64,000 nt of DNA from an uncultured Acidobacteriota bacterium (GTDB lineage: Bacteria; Acidobacteriota; Terriglobia; UBA7540): assembly GCA_963804995.1 (NCBI GenBank), contig CAWDSK010000009.1, positions 1-64,000 of the forward strand, given 5' to 3'. How positions within the stretch are numbered: position 1 is the first letter of the stretch; every line of letters begins with the position of its first letter. The notes beneath the pieces were generated by a model, which had not been told where the DNA came from, did not search any database, and worked only from the letters and a program-made list of their open reading frames with translations. Below, piece after piece: positions 1 to 10,969 of the stretch. A program made the position numbers and the translations under genes.

Positions 1-387
1 GGGGAATTCCGCCAGGCGCTTGCCCACAAACCTTTCGAAAAGTTGTTGGATTTGCGCCTGGGGCTCGGCGGCGAGCAACGGGTGGGGCGGCGTGATCTGG
101 ATGAGATTCGAGAAGGACTCCTGCATCTCCCGGAGATATCCCGCGAGGTCGTTTTCGTGCTCTTGGATTTGCTGCTCGAAGTGGCTTTGAAGTTCCCCCA
201 GAAAGCGCAGGTCCGCTTGCGGGTGGAAACGCTTGACGCGGCGGAAGTCGTCCGTGAAAAGGCAGTCGAGGAACTGGTCTTCGGCGCTGTGAAGGAATAG
301 GCCGATGTTGAGGAATTCCTCGCGCTCGGTGTCGGGGACGTAGCGCGCCAGGGAGTAGGAACAGGATTTCAATACGTTCTCAGTCAT
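1..387 (-). CDS. DUF3037-family protein (partial, runs off the window start)
   Basis: Manual translation from ATG 387: MTENVLKSCSYSLARYVPDTEREEFLNIGLFLHS...; the RYVPD..REEF.NIG motif is typical of DUF3037; lies downstream of a HipA-like kinase. Confidence 0.8.
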   Translation of the reverse strand, partial: MTENVLKSCSYSLARYVPDTEREEFLNIGLFLHSAEDQFLDCLFTDDFRRVKRFHPQADLRFLGELQSHFEQQIQEHENDLAGYLREMQESFSNLIQITPPHPLLAAEPQAQIQQLFERFVGKRLAEFP

Positions 388-421
388 CCGCCGTTCTCAG
401 CTTTCAGCTCTTTACGAATGC

Positions 422-650
422 CTAGTTTCGGGTCTCAGAGTTCGCTGATTATTAGAGAACCCCCTCACCCGTCCCGCCCCGGCTGATGAAAACGCCGGTG
501 GCGGTCCACCCTCTCCCCCAAAGGGGCGAGGGCGACAAATTCAGATTAACTCTCCCCTCGGTCGCCGCGGCAACAAGAGGGGCCGGGGGGAGGGGGTCGC
601 CTTTGAACCCAGTGAGACTTTGTCAGCGAACTCCTGAGACACGACACTAG
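422..650. mobile_element. MITE-like element with CTAG ends and a CCCTC-palindrome core
   Basis: Left ctagtttcgggtctcagagttcgctga versus right reverse complement ctagtgtcgtgtctcaggagttcgctga; internal repeat shared with 10801, 20890, 44680 and 57286. Confidence 0.6.
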
Positions 651-785
651 TGTAGTGCGTGTCAAATCGCGGTGCGCATGATTTCAGGGCTGCCGTCGTA
701 GCTCCCGACTTGTCGGGACATATGCCGACCTCAAGGTCGGCGCTACAAGTACCAATATCTGTAAAGCACTACCCTTCAACGTGCG

Positions 786-1718
786 TTATTCCCAGTTCGG
801 AAAGGGGTCGAGCGAACTATGCTTGGCGTCGATAATCGCCTGACGCACTTTGCGGCGCCGGTCGTAGAGATTCTCCACCAGCCGCGTCAATTGCCCGGGG
901 TCAGGCTCGCACCATTCCACGGGGATCCCGCGCGTGCAATCCTCCAGTTCACCGGGCGCGAGGTTTTCAATGCGGGAGAGAAAGGGCTCAAACGATTCGA
1001 GGCCCCGCACCTTCTCGTAGACCAGGCGCCGGGGATAGATGCCGCGAATGGCGCTGTCGGGAAAGGTCCAATCCCCATCATTAAAACAAAACCCCTGGTC
1101 GATGAGCATTCCGGAGTACGTGGATCCCTCGTCATCCGCGGGGCGATGGAAAATCACCTGGCGGCCGTCGCAGTTACACGTCCACTTGTCGAAGACGAAG
1201 GCCCCCAGAAAAACCCTGCTCAGATCCTTCACGCGCCGCAACAGGCGGTCGGGAAGAAAATCCACTACCTGCGTGCGGCTGGGGATTCCGGGGAAGCGAG
1301 ACCCAAATTGCAGGCCGGCCGCGAAAGCTTCGCGGCGGTCATCCTTCTCGAACCCGAGCTGGGGAACACCACGAATCAAAAGGGGGGACACTTCGACGAA
1401 AGCCGGAGACGCAACCGGCAGGTTCACCAGTTGCGCCAAACGCGAGGCCAGCATCTCATTGGCAAGCACGCGCGCGTGCTGAGGGTTGTTCTGGAATTTT
1501 ACAACGTAGCTGGCCCCGTCCTCGCAGCGCAGCAGGCAGGGCTGGGAGGCCCCGCGCATCCGGCGGACGAACTCCACGGCACGAACCCGGGGGGCTCTCG
1601 GGGCGTCCGCAAGGTTCGCCGCCCGTGATGGGTGCTGCAACTTGTGTGCTCCGCCGCTCGATCTATCGAGCCCGGCATGTGGCGCCACCCAAGATTCTCT
1701 GGGCCCCCTGGCGCGCAC
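786..1718 (-). CDS. HipA-like kinase (true start probably near 1560-1600)
   Basis: MRGASQP..YVVKF..N..VLANE, FDKWTCNCDGR and LIDQGFCF kinase motifs; paired with DUF3037. Confidence 0.8.
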   Translation of the reverse strand: MRARGPRESWVAPHAGLDRSSGGAHKLQHPSRAANLADAPRAPRVRAVEFVRRMRGASQPCLLRCEDGASYVVKFQNNPQHARVLANEMLASRLAQLVNLPVASPAFVEVSPLLIRGVPQLGFEKDDRREAFAAGLQFGSRFPGIPSRTQVVDFLPDRLLRRVKDLSRVFLGAFVFDKWTCNCDGRQVIFHRPADDEGSTYSGMLIDQGFCFNDGDWTFPDSAIRGIYPRRLVYEKVRGLESFEPFLSRIENLAPGELEDCTRGIPVEWCEPDPGQLTRLVENLYDRRRKVRQAIIDAKHSSLDPFPNWE

Positions 1719-1810
1719 TCGCTAATCTGGGGCAGCCGTCCGAAGTGAACTGCCCCAGAAAGAGATAGCCCCGGGGATCAATGCCCGAGGCCAGCTACCA
1801 AAAATCCAGC

Positions 1811-2185
1811 TTAGCGACGCCGCTTCGCCTTTTTGGCAGCCTTCTTAGCCTTCTTAGCTTTGGCGGCAGGCTTCTTTGCCTTCGCTGCTTTCTTGGCCGG
1901 CTTCTTGGCAGGTTTCTTAGCCTTGGGCGCAGCTTTCTTCGCCGGCTTTTTCTTGGCCGGGGCGCGCTTGGGAGCTGCGGGCGCGGGCTTGGAGGGTTTC
2001 GCCGCGGCAGGGGCAACTTCTTTGACAACGGTTACTGTCTCCTCTGCCTCGTAGGAAACTTCCTCTTCAAGCTCCTCACCCTCTTCCCCTAAACTCTCTT
2101 CCGCTTCTTCTTTATAATCGGAGGAGAGTTCTTCCCCCAAGTCCTCCAGCTCGTCGCCTGGTTCGTTTTCATCGTCGAAGGCCAT
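1811..2185 (-). CDS. Small protein with acidic N-half and histone H1-like Lys/Ala/Pro C-half
   Basis: ATG 2185 with GGAGGAGG RBS; E/D-rich, then KKPAKKAAPKAKK repeats. Confidence 0.75.
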   Translation of the reverse strand: MAFDDENEPGDELEDLGEELSSDYKEEAEESLGEEGEELEEEVSYEAEETVTVVKEVAPAAAKPSKPAPAAPKRAPAKKKPAKKAAPKAKKPAKKPAKKAAKAKKPAAKAKKAKKAAKKAKRRR

Positions 2186-2333
2186 GAATCCCTCCTCCTG
2201 TAGTCCTGTGTCTAGCAATGAAGTTGTAGTCTGGCAAAAGGTGGCTTCCGTTTCAGCCACAATTACAGCAATCGGGGCAGATGTATACCACTGCAATCCT
2301 CATGTCAAGAGGTAAAGTTCATGGGGCGGCATC

Positions 2334-4223
2334 TTAATGAGCCGGCGGGGTGGTGGGCGGAGTGGAGGAGGCGCCGGCGGCGGGGGGTTGCGCCTTGGCA
2401 AGTGTGGTTTTCGAGGAGGAAGTAGACTTCTTGGTGGCCGAGGCAGGTCGCGCTTTCGTATGTCCCTTGGAATGGGATTGCCGGGGTGGCGTGTAGTCTT
2501 GGGCCGCTACGTACAGGCGCAGGTCCTGGCCAGTCGTCAAGTGGGAAGACTTCAGGTTATTCCAGCGGCGGATCTGGTAAGGCGTCAGGTCAAAACGGTC
2601 AGCGATAAGGTCCAGAGTATCACCGGGGCGGGCGTGGTAATGCATGAGCCGCCGGTGGACAGTCTCCCGCACCCTTGCCAGGGACGAGTCCCTGCCAGGG
2701 GCCATGGGAACGACAAGGTGCGCGCCTGCCTCAAGTGAAGTACTGGTAGTGAGCTGGTTCGCTTCCGCCAAGGCCGCCGGGGCAACGCGATACTGTTTGG
2801 CGATGCCGGCCAGAGTCTCCCCGCCTGCCACCTTGTGCGCCCGCCACCAGATGCGCTTGTCCGGCGGGATGGAGGCGATGTTCTTCTCGAAGAGATCCTT
2901 GGTTCCGGCTGGCAATTGCAGAACAAACTCGGGGTTGTTGACGGGGGTCGTCCAACGCTGCAAGCTGGGATTGAGTTTGATGAGGTCTTCGACAGGATGG
3001 TCGATGAGCTGGGCCACCAGGCGCAAATCCGTGGGTGTTTCAATAGTGACCGATTCGGTGGCAAGGGGCGGATCGGGCGGCGTGTCAAACCCGTAGGCCT
3101 TGGGGTCTTTGGAAATAAAGGCGATTGCCAGGAAAATGGGAACATAGTTCTCAGTTTCGAGTGGCAGGGCGTGCATCCTGCGCAAATCCCAGTAATCCGC
3201 GTAACCGGTTTTTTCAATGGCGCGCTGGACCGTCAACGCACCACTGTCGTAGGCCGCCATGGCCAGGAACCAATCGCCGAACGTCTGATAAAGGTCTTTC
3301 AAGTGATGGGCAGCCGCGGCGGTGGACTTGACGGGGTCCTCACGATCGTCTACCCAGCGGTCCTTCTTCAGGCCGTACAAAGACCCCGTGCCCAGCGAAA
3401 ACTGCCAGATGCCTACGCATTGCTTGTTGGAGACGGCAAAGGGGTTGAAGGCGCTCTCACCCGCGGCGAGGTAGATCAGGTCCTGGGGCACGCCTTCCTT
3501 GCGGAGAGCCTCACTGATGAGCCCTTGATACACCCCGATGCGCTTCAGCACATTAGTCATAAACCCGCGGCTGCGATTTTGAAGGTACGTCAGCACGCCG
3601 TCCACGTAATCGTTGGAGACCAGCGGAATATCAGAATGGACTGACTTCAATTCCTCCAGCGCCCGCTCCTTAACTCGGGGATCGACGGGGAAGGTCAGCC
3701 CGGAAAAGGCATCGATAGGAGCAGGCTCGTAAGTGTGAGGGCTTAAGGAATCACCCCGCTCGAGTGAGGCGGCCTCCGCCCCATAGACATCCTCGACGAC
3801 CTTGTCAAACTCGGAGCTCAATCGCTCGTCGCCCTGAATGTCCAGGTTCGATTCCAGGAGGATGGCCAGCGCCTGGTCGAATTCAACCTTGGCCTTTTCG
3901 AGGTTCCCCGCGCGGTAATCGCTCATGCCGGCCCCGTAAAGCTTCTCCACTTGCTTCACGAGCTCGTCCACGGCGTCTGGAGCGGGGGCAACTTCAGGAG
4001 GGAGGATGCGGTCGGTGGGTCTAAGCGGCAGCGTCTCAAGCGGCGGGGGCGGAGTGGGGGCTTGCACTGCTTTCTTGTGCTTTGCCGCCGCTGGCCAGCC
4101 ATTGAGTAGAACGGCTGCGCCCAAACAGCAGGTCAGCCATCTATGGGTCAAGCCGACTCCTTCCAGGGCCTCAGATTTGCAAACTCTTGGCCGACCCCGC
4201 TTTGCACAAGGTCGGATACTCAA
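2334..4223 (-). CDS. MltD-like lytic murein transglycosylase with LysM domains
   Basis: SLT motifs ES.FNP, GIWQF, AAY.SG and ETENYV; two C-terminal LysM repeats; signal-like N-terminus. Confidence 0.9.
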   Translation of the reverse strand: MSIRPCAKRGRPRVCKSEALEGVGLTHRWLTCCLGAAVLLNGWPAAAKHKKAVQAPTPPPPLETLPLRPTDRILPPEVAPAPDAVDELVKQVEKLYGAGMSDYRAGNLEKAKVEFDQALAILLESNLDIQGDERLSSEFDKVVEDVYGAEAASLERGDSLSPHTYEPAPIDAFSGLTFPVDPRVKERALEELKSVHSDIPLVSNDYVDGVLTYLQNRSRGFMTNVLKRIGVYQGLISEALRKEGVPQDLIYLAAGESAFNPFAVSNKQCVGIWQFSLGTGSLYGLKKDRWVDDREDPVKSTAAAAHHLKDLYQTFGDWFLAMAAYDSGALTVQRAIEKTGYADYWDLRRMHALPLETENYVPIFLAIAFISKDPKAYGFDTPPDPPLATESVTIETPTDLRLVAQLIDHPVEDLIKLNPSLQRWTTPVNNPEFVLQLPAGTKDLFEKNIASIPPDKRIWWRAHKVAGGETLAGIAKQYRVAPAALAEANQLTTSTSLEAGAHLVVPMAPGRDSSLARVRETVHRRLMHYHARPGDTLDLIADRFDLTPYQIRRWNNLKSSHLTTGQDLRLYVAAQDYTPPRQSHSKGHTKARPASATKKSTSSSKTTLAKAQPPAAGASSTPPTTPPAH

Positions 4224-4508
4224 TTCTACTTAGGGTAAGATTGCAGGGTCAACCCGAAAGTGGATGGCTCGCCCGTGGACATCTATCTTCAGCCGGTTAG
4301 ACTGAAATGGCCAGCATGGGGAAACAGTCGCGTACGTTGAAAAGCAGCCTCGTGCAAGATTCTCGGCGACCCATTTTCGCGCCAGCGGGCATGTTGCAAA
4401 AAGGCATTCCCCAATTTCGATAGGCCAAGCCGTAGGGGGGTGCTTTGACAACCGGAGGCGCCCCGGCAGCGACCTGCCGCAGGCGCCTCTGGCTGAAGGA
4501 TTCGTCGC

Positions 4509-4769
4509 TCACTTCTGGTAATACTGCGCGTTGACTTCCGTGAAACTATTCCACTTTTCCGGTAGGTCATCCAAGGGGAAAATGGCGGAGACGGGACAGA
4601 CCGGGACGCAGGCTCCGCAGTCGATGCACTCCACCGGGTCAATATAAAGCTGGGCCATGTCGGCGAAGTTTGCCTCGTCCTTGCGCGGATGGATGCAATC
4701 AACCGGGCAAACGTCCACACAGGCGGTGTCTTTGGTATTGATACAAGGTTCAGCGATGATGTACGCCAT
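4509..4769 (-). CDS. Dicluster ferredoxin (FdxA/7Fe type)
   Basis: [10 protein letters not shown] and [12 protein letters not shown] motifs. Confidence 0.93.
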   Translation of the reverse strand: MAYIIAEPCINTKDTACVDVCPVDCIHPRKDEANFADMAQLYIDPVECIDCGACVPVCPVSAIFPLDDLPEKWNSFTEVNAQYYQK

Positions 4770-4978
4770 AGGAACTTCCTCCAGAGGGCGCGTCTGTTTC
4801 GCCGATCTGCGCTAGCCCTCGTTGCTTCTAGCGTACGTGTCCGGCTTCCCGGACGCGATGACTTAAGTCGTGCCTTTACGGGAAGGGTTTGATAAGCTGA
4901 TAGATTCGGGCACCTGCTAAAACCCTTTACCAAGGCGACTAAAACCCTAATGCCCCCTAAAAGGGGTTATTAAACCCT

Positions 4979-5720
4979 ATGCCCACTGATTTAAAGCCGA
5001 TGGCGATGTCCGCGTTGGATCCGCTTGAAACGCTGCGCCGGGTTTCCTTTTTCGCGGTACTGCCGCCCGAGGATTTGAAAGTCCTCGCCACCCATTGCAT
5101 GGCGCGGCGAATCCTGAAGGACGAGATCCTGGTCGCGGAGGGGGACCCTTGTAATGGCCTGTTTGTGGTCCAGTCCGGAGCCATCAAGCTTTTCAAAATG
5201 GCGGAAAACGGCCGCGAGCAGATTCTGGTCATCGAGCGCGCCGGCTCAACCGTCGGCGAACTCTCGGTTTTCGACGGCGGGAACTTCCCGAACGTCTGCC
5301 ATAGCCGCCGAGGATTCCACCCTGCTGTTTCTGCCCAAACGCGAGTTCCTGGAGCTGTGCCAGCACAATTCGGAAGTGGCCTTTGCCGTGATCCGTTCCC
5401 TCGCCTGGCGGTTTCGGTACCTTACCAGCCTTGTCGAAGAGCTTTCGCTCAAGGAAGTCAGCCACCGCCTGGCGCGGTTTCTTCGCGATCGCGCCGTGAA
5501 CCTCGGGGTTCGCACCCGAAGGGGGATCGAGTTTCCGCTGGAGGAGACTAACCAGGAGATTGGTGCGGAGATCGGCACGGTGCGCGACCTGGTCTCTCGC
5601 AACCTGCGGCGGTTCGTGGACCGAGGGATCATCCGCCTGGAGCGCCGAAGGGTTATCGTTCTGGATATGACTGAGTTGGAGGCCCAGATCTCCGGCGCCA
5701 AGCGGGCTTCCGCCGGCTGA
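4979..5720 (+). CDS. Crp/Fnr-family regulator, frameshifted near 5291
   Basis: cNMP domain (GELSVFDG) in ORF 4979; HTH (EIGAEIGTVRDLVSR) in ORF 5154; removing one base joins them. Confidence 0.85.
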
Positions 5721-5783
5721 ACACTTTTCGTCTTCGGGCTCAGGGATCAAAAGTAGCTCCACACCCATCTAAAATTCGCGAAT

Positions 5784-6830
5784 ATGCAGGGAACTCCTAT
5801 GGCCCATCGTGGCAATCCGTCGCACCTGAACGTGGTTCTCTGGGGCCGCGTGGCAGCGAATGGAATACCGCATCTCAAGAAACATCTGCGCACGCGCTGC
5901 CGGTTTATTCCAATCACGGAGCCCCCCAAGGAGGGTGCTCCTCCCAAAACGTTGGCCTCTGCGGATGTGGTTATAGCCAGCTCATTCACCGAACCGATGG
6001 CCCACGCGGCAACCCGGCTCAAGCTGCTACACGTCCCAGGCGCGGGCGTCGATGGCCTCTGCCTGCGGGCGCTGTCGCCGCGTATTACCGTAGCGAATGC
6101 GTACTTCCACGGGCCCGCCATCAGTGAGTACGTCATGATGATGGTTCTGGCGCTCAGCCGTGACCTCTTGAAAATGGACACGCGTTTGCGGCGCGGCTTG
6201 TGGGATGCGAGCTGGGTTTGGGGGAACCCACCCGCGGCGGAGATTCAAGGAAAAGTTTTGGGCCTGATCGGCTATGGCCATATCGGAAAAGAGGTGGCCA
6301 TCCGGGCACGCGCCTTCGGGATGAAGCTGTGGGTTATCAGCGCTCATCCTCCCCAACGAAAGCCCAAACACGTGGAGTTTTGGGAGACCCCCGACAAACT
6401 CTCCACCCTGCTCAAGGGATCTGATTATGTGGTTCTGGCCTGCCCGCTCAATGAGCAGACCCGCGGCTTGATTGGCAACCGCGAATTCGCCATGATGAAA
6501 CGAACGGCTTGCCTGGTCAACGTGGCGCGCGGACACGTGGTAGATGAGGAGGCTCTTTACCGCGCCCTGCGCGCGCGCCGCATCCAAGGCGCCGCCGTTG
6601 ATGTATGGTATCAGTATCCAAAAAATGAACGCCCCTGCGCTCCGTCGCGTTTCCCCTTTCACAAGTTGGATAACATCATCATCACCCCGCACATGTCGGG
6701 CTGGATGAAGGGTACGCGCGAGAATCGCTTCAAATTCATCGCGGAAAATATCGATCGCCTCGCCGCCGGATTGCCATTGCGGAACGTGGTGCAGGGCCCC
6801 AAAAGGCAGGGAATAGGGAATAGGGAATAG
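5784..6830 (+). CDS. D-2-hydroxyacid dehydrogenase family
   Basis: GLIGYGHIG, VNVARG, AAVDV and ITPHMSG motifs. Confidence 0.9.
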   Translation: MQGTPMAHRGNPSHLNVVLWGRVAANGIPHLKKHLRTRCRFIPITEPPKEGAPPKTLASADVVIASSFTEPMAHAATRLKLLHVPGAGVDGLCLRALSPRITVANAYFHGPAISEYVMMMVLALSRDLLKMDTRLRRGLWDASWVWGNPPAAEIQGKVLGLIGYGHIGKEVAIRARAFGMKLWVISAHPPQRKPKHVEFWETPDKLSTLLKGSDYVVLACPLNEQTRGLIGNREFAMMKRTACLVNVARGHVVDEEALYRALRARRIQGAAVDVWYQYPKNERPCAPSRFPFHKLDNIIITPHMSGWMKGTRENRFKFIAENIDRLAAGLPLRNVVQGPKRQGIGNRE

Positions 6831-6950
6831 GGAATAGGGAACAGGGAACAGGGAACAGTAAGAGTGGGGCTGCCGCTATCCCCTTTTTTCAATGATTCAA
6901 TGACTCGATGGCTCGATGGCCAGATGACCCGATGGCTCGATGACCCGATC
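6808..6950. repeat. Heptamer (GGGAATA/GGGAACA) and octamer (GATGRCYC) tandem microsatellites
   Basis: Directly visible tandem units between convergent genes. Confidence 0.85.
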
Positions 6951-6953
6951 ATC

Positions 6954-8076
6954 TCACTTCCCCGCATTCCCCGGCCCGCCCACGGGATAAAGCTTGGGCA
7001 AGCGTTGCTCGACCGGCGGCAAAGCCGGAAAGGGAGCGTGCGGCTCCGTCTGATACCAATAGGCGACGGAAAAGTAGTTGTCCGAGCGGTGATTCGCGTG
7101 CCCGTGCTCGATGGTGGCGCGAATCGACTTGGTAAAGGGGATGGGGGAATCCAGATGAAAGCGGTAAACGGATGACCGGCTTCCCGCCAGTTCATCACCT
7201 TTCACCGGCGCCCCGAACAGTTGGTACGAGAAGGGCTGATCGCCAAAGTCCCATGCTCCCAGGAAGTAGTCCTCCGAGCCCGTGCCGTTGATGGTGGGGA
7301 ACTTATCGCCGTCGATGAAGAACATGTCATCACCCTCGCCCCACCAGTCGTCCTGATTCTGAAGCACCGACATGGTCACACCCACGAAGTGCCCGCGTCC
7401 TTGGGCTTCCATCCAAACGTAATTGCCTTCACCCGTCAGGTTGGGTTTGCCGTTGACCATGGGCTCACCGTTGCTCTGCCACTGGCTGGTCCAACCATGG
7501 TTCGGCGTTGCTTGCCGATATTGCGCATGAAAGTAGAGCGTATCCGCAGGGAGAGGGTTCCGGTATTTGCGGTAATCGATATTGAAATAGAAAGCTTCCA
7601 CCGGCTCTCGCCCCTCGTTGGTCACGGTAATCTTCCCCATTTTTTGGAATGGCATCGGGAAGAACGAATTCAATGCCTTTATCGAACTGACCGCCAAGGG
7701 CATGGATTGGTAGGTAAAGTACTCACCGAGGCCCAGGCCAAAGAAATCACCGATAGGGGTTTCGACGCTCGGCGTGGTTTCGTTCTCCCAGTACATGCGC
7801 AGCACCAATTTCTTTAAGTGAGCCTTCTCAGGGGTCGCGATGGTGAACCAGATATGCGTGATAACGCCTGGCCCCGCCTCCTCAAAAACCGTGAAGGTCT
7901 CGCCCGCAGCGATCTTCCGCATGTCGGCGTTGCCACCGGTGCGATCCCAACTCGAGAACACGCTTGAGGACGTAGTCGTGCGGCTTTGTCAGGTCGGCAA
8001 GCATACCGCTTATTTCCTGTCCGAACGCTGCTGAGACAAAACAGAACCAGATGAGTACCATTGCCAGCTTGCGCAT
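6954..8076 (-). CDS. DUF2961 (GH172-like) glycoside hydrolase, secreted; frameshift near 7959
   Basis: Signal peptide MRKLAMVLIW...; SSWDRTGGNAD, WWGEGD, GTGSEDYF and TIEHGHAN motifs. Confidence 0.85.
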
Positions 8077-8245
8077 GGGAACCTCCACAGATTTGGCTAA
8101 AGAATGACGGAAACCGGCGGGATTCTATCACAGGCGCTGGCCCGCTACGCCTCCCAAAGCCAATTGCGAACCATCGGGGTCTCGACATCATCCCGCCAGG
8201 GCGTTAAGCTGTCGAGGCAACCAGTTGAAAGGCCAAGGGCACGCC

Positions 8246-9059
8246 ATGCGACGCACAAGTTACCGGGAAGTCACGAGTCCCGCCAATGCGCTCTTGAAGG
8301 TCTTCCGGAGCAGTCTCACCGAGGGCACGACGCGGCAAGGCTGGCTCGCCGTGGAAGGCCCGTTTCTGGTGGAAGAAGCGCTCGAACGCGGCGCCGCACG
8401 TCCAGACACACAGCGTGATCGTCGCCAGCAGCGCCGCAGAAAAGTTCACCCCGCTGCTTGACCGCTTGCCCGCGGAGGCCGAAGTCACCGAGATCCCTGA
8501 CCGTTTGTTTGAAGGGGTCGCGCAAACTCAGACCCCACAAGGAATCGCGGCGCTCGTCGAACTGCCGGTCTATAAGCTTGACCAGATTTTGGCGGGGCGC
8601 GATCCTCTGCTGGTAGTGGCTTGTCAAATTCAGGATCCAGGAAATCTGGGCACGATGATGCGCAGCGCCTTGGCGTTTTCAGCTTCGGCGTTCCTGACCG
8701 TAAAGGACACGGTAAGCCCCTTCAATCCCAAGGCCGTGCGCTCTTCGGCAGGAGCCATCTTCCGGCTCCCGGTGGTTTGTGGGCTCAACTCGAACGAAAC
8801 CCTGACCCTTTTGAGCCGGTGCGTTCGCATCGTGGCCGCGGATCGTCACAGCCCGGCGTCGCTCACGCGAGCCGATCTGAGGGGGCCGCTCGCCATCCTC
8901 ATCGGGCGCGAAGCCACCGGATTGCCCGAGGAAATTGCCCGGCACGCCAGCCAGCTTCTGAGCATCCCCATCCGCGAGGAAGTCGATTCTGTGAACGCAG
9001 CCACGGCCGCCAGCATCTTTCTGTATGAGGCCGCGCGGCAGAGGGGATTCAAATATTGA
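8246..9059 (+). CDS. TrmH/SpoU-family RNA methyltransferase; frameshift near 8390-8410
   Basis: VEGPFLVEEAL in the first frame; QDPGNLGTMMRSA, IGREATG and SVNAATA in the second. Confidence 0.85.
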
Positions 9060-9198
9060 GTCATCTGGCCATCGGGTCATCGAGCCATTTTCATGGTCGA
9101 TTTTCAGTTTCCACTTTAAGGACAGGCTGCGAAAGCTGAAATCGACCATTGTCAATCCCAATGTCCCGATGGCCAAATGACCCGATGAACCGATTCCC

Positions 9199-10578
9199 AT
9201 GAGCTTGTTTGAACCAACTCCTACGAACCACTCTTCGAGCGCCACGTCGCCCGGGGCCACTCCCTCACCGCTTGCCGACCGCATGCGGCCTGAGACGATC
9301 GAAGACTTTGTAGGCCAGCTTCACATTCTGGGTCCCGACAAATCCCTTCGCCGGCAAATCGAACGCGATGATTTGGGGTCAATGATCCTTTGGGGGCCCC
9401 CCGGCTCCGGTAAGACCACGCTCGCCACCATCGTGGCGCGCAAGACGCGCAGCGACTTTGTGCGCTTCAGCGCCGTGCTTTCAGGAATCAAGGAAATCAA
9501 GGAGGTGATGGCGGCAGCGGAAAAGTCCCGCCATTACGGCCGGCGCACCGTGTTGTTCATCGATGAAATCCACCGCTTCAACAAGGCGCAGCAGGATGCG
9601 TTTCTGCCTTACGTCGAGCGCGGCGACATCGTGCTGATCGGCGCCACCACGGAGAATCCCTCGTTCGAAGTCAACGCCGCGCTGCTGTCGCGCGCCAAAG
9701 TTTACATGCTCTCCGCCCTCTCGACGGATGAAGTGCAAACGCTCCTCCACCGCGCACTCAACGATGAGAAGCGCGGTCTAGCCTCCCAACACGTTGAGAT
9801 TTCCGATGAGCTTCTGCGGCAAATCGCAGTGTTCTCAAACGGTGACGCGCGCGCCGCCTATAACACGCTTGAAACCGCTGTTGCGGCCGCCCCACGCGAC
9901 CCGGAAGGCCGAGCTACGATTTCCGAAGCGCTGGTGGAAGACGCGATTCAGCGGAAAGTTCTTCTTTACGACAAGGCTGGCGAAGAACACTACAACCTGA
10001 TTTCCGCGCTCCACAAATCCGTGCGCAATTCTGATCCCGATGCGGCGCTTTACTGGCTGGGCCGCATGCTGGAAGCCGGAGAAGATCCCCTCTACGTCGC
10101 GCGCCGCCTGATTCGCGAGGCTTCCGAGGACATCGGCATGGCTGACCCGAATGCTTTGACCGTTACGGTTGCAGCCATGCAGGCGGTGCACTTTTTGGGA
10201 ATGCCGGAAGGAAACCTCGCACTGGCCCAGGCTGCGGTCTACCTTGCGCTCGCGCCCAAGTCGAACGCCCTCTACGTCGGTTATGGCGAAGTCGCAGGTG
10301 ATGCCCAGAAAACCATCGCGGAACCCGTGCCCCTCCACCTGCGTAATGCTGTCACCGGATTGATGGCGAATTTTGGTTACGGCAAGGGTTATCAATACGC
10401 GCACAAGGCTGAAGACAAGCTCACCGATATGCAGTGTCTGCCCGACAATCTGAAAGACCGCCACTACTACCGCCCCACTGACCAAGGCTTCGAAAAAAGG
10501 CTGAGGGAGAAAATGCAGGCCATCCAGGAGTGGAAGAAGAAGTACGCGTTGAAACGGCCGGCGGAAGAGGGCAAATGA
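9199..10578 (+). CDS. rarA: Replication-associated recombination protein A (MgsA/RarA)
   Basis: PLADRMRP, GPPGSGKTT, DEIHRFNKAQQD, ISALHKSVR and PKSN motifs. Confidence 0.95.
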   Translation: MSLFEPTPTNHSSSATSPGATPSPLADRMRPETIEDFVGQLHILGPDKSLRRQIERDDLGSMILWGPPGSGKTTLATIVARKTRSDFVRFSAVLSGIKEIKEVMAAAEKSRHYGRRTVLFIDEIHRFNKAQQDAFLPYVERGDIVLIGATTENPSFEVNAALLSRAKVYMLSALSTDEVQTLLHRALNDEKRGLASQHVEISDELLRQIAVFSNGDARAAYNTLETAVAAAPRDPEGRATISEALVEDAIQRKVLLYDKAGEEHYNLISALHKSVRNSDPDAALYWLGRMLEAGEDPLYVARRLIREASEDIGMADPNALTVTVAAMQAVHFLGMPEGNLALAQAAVYLALAPKSNALYVGYGEVAGDAQKTIAEPVPLHLRNAVTGLMANFGYGKGYQYAHKAEDKLTDMQCLPDNLKDRHYYRPTDQGFEKRLREKMQAIQEWKKKYALKRPAEEGK

Positions 10579-10612
10579 TAGCAGGGGCTAGCGGGGACCT
10601 GCTCTGAAGCGG

Positions 10613-10794
10613 GGTAGCCACGGTCAGTGCAGTCCTGACCGTGGGTTTTCCCATGCGTAATCTACCAGCGGAAATCTCACGTAGTCGTCCAGCGTAGGGC
10701 TCGCCAAATTGTTGGCTTGTCAAAAGCAAAATTGCTGCAAATCGACCAAGGCCAGAAAAGCCCACAGTCAGAACTGCGCTGACTGTGGCTACCA
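10613..10794. repeat. Inverted doublet of GTAG-type REP hairpins (REPIN-like)
   Basis: ggtagccacggtcagtgcagtcctgaccgtggg ... cccacagtcagaactgcgctgactgtggctacc; single copy also near 57747. Confidence 0.75.
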
Positions 10795-10800
10795 CTTATA

Positions 10801-10877
10801 GCCCTCGCCCCTTTGGGGGAGAGGGTGGACCGCCGCCGGCGTTTTCATCAGCCGGGGCGGGACGGGTGAGGGGGTCA
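10801..10877. repeat. CCCTC/GAGGG palindromic dispersed repeat
   Basis: Near-identical to 44740-44815 and 57286-57357; reverse complement of 461-533. Confidence 0.8.
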
Positions 10878-10969
10878 CCTGGGAACACATTGAGGAGTGG
10901 GTTCATCTCCCTTTGATACTAAAAAGCCGCGGACCTACCGAACAGGTCGCGCTACCCTAGTTATGCCCT

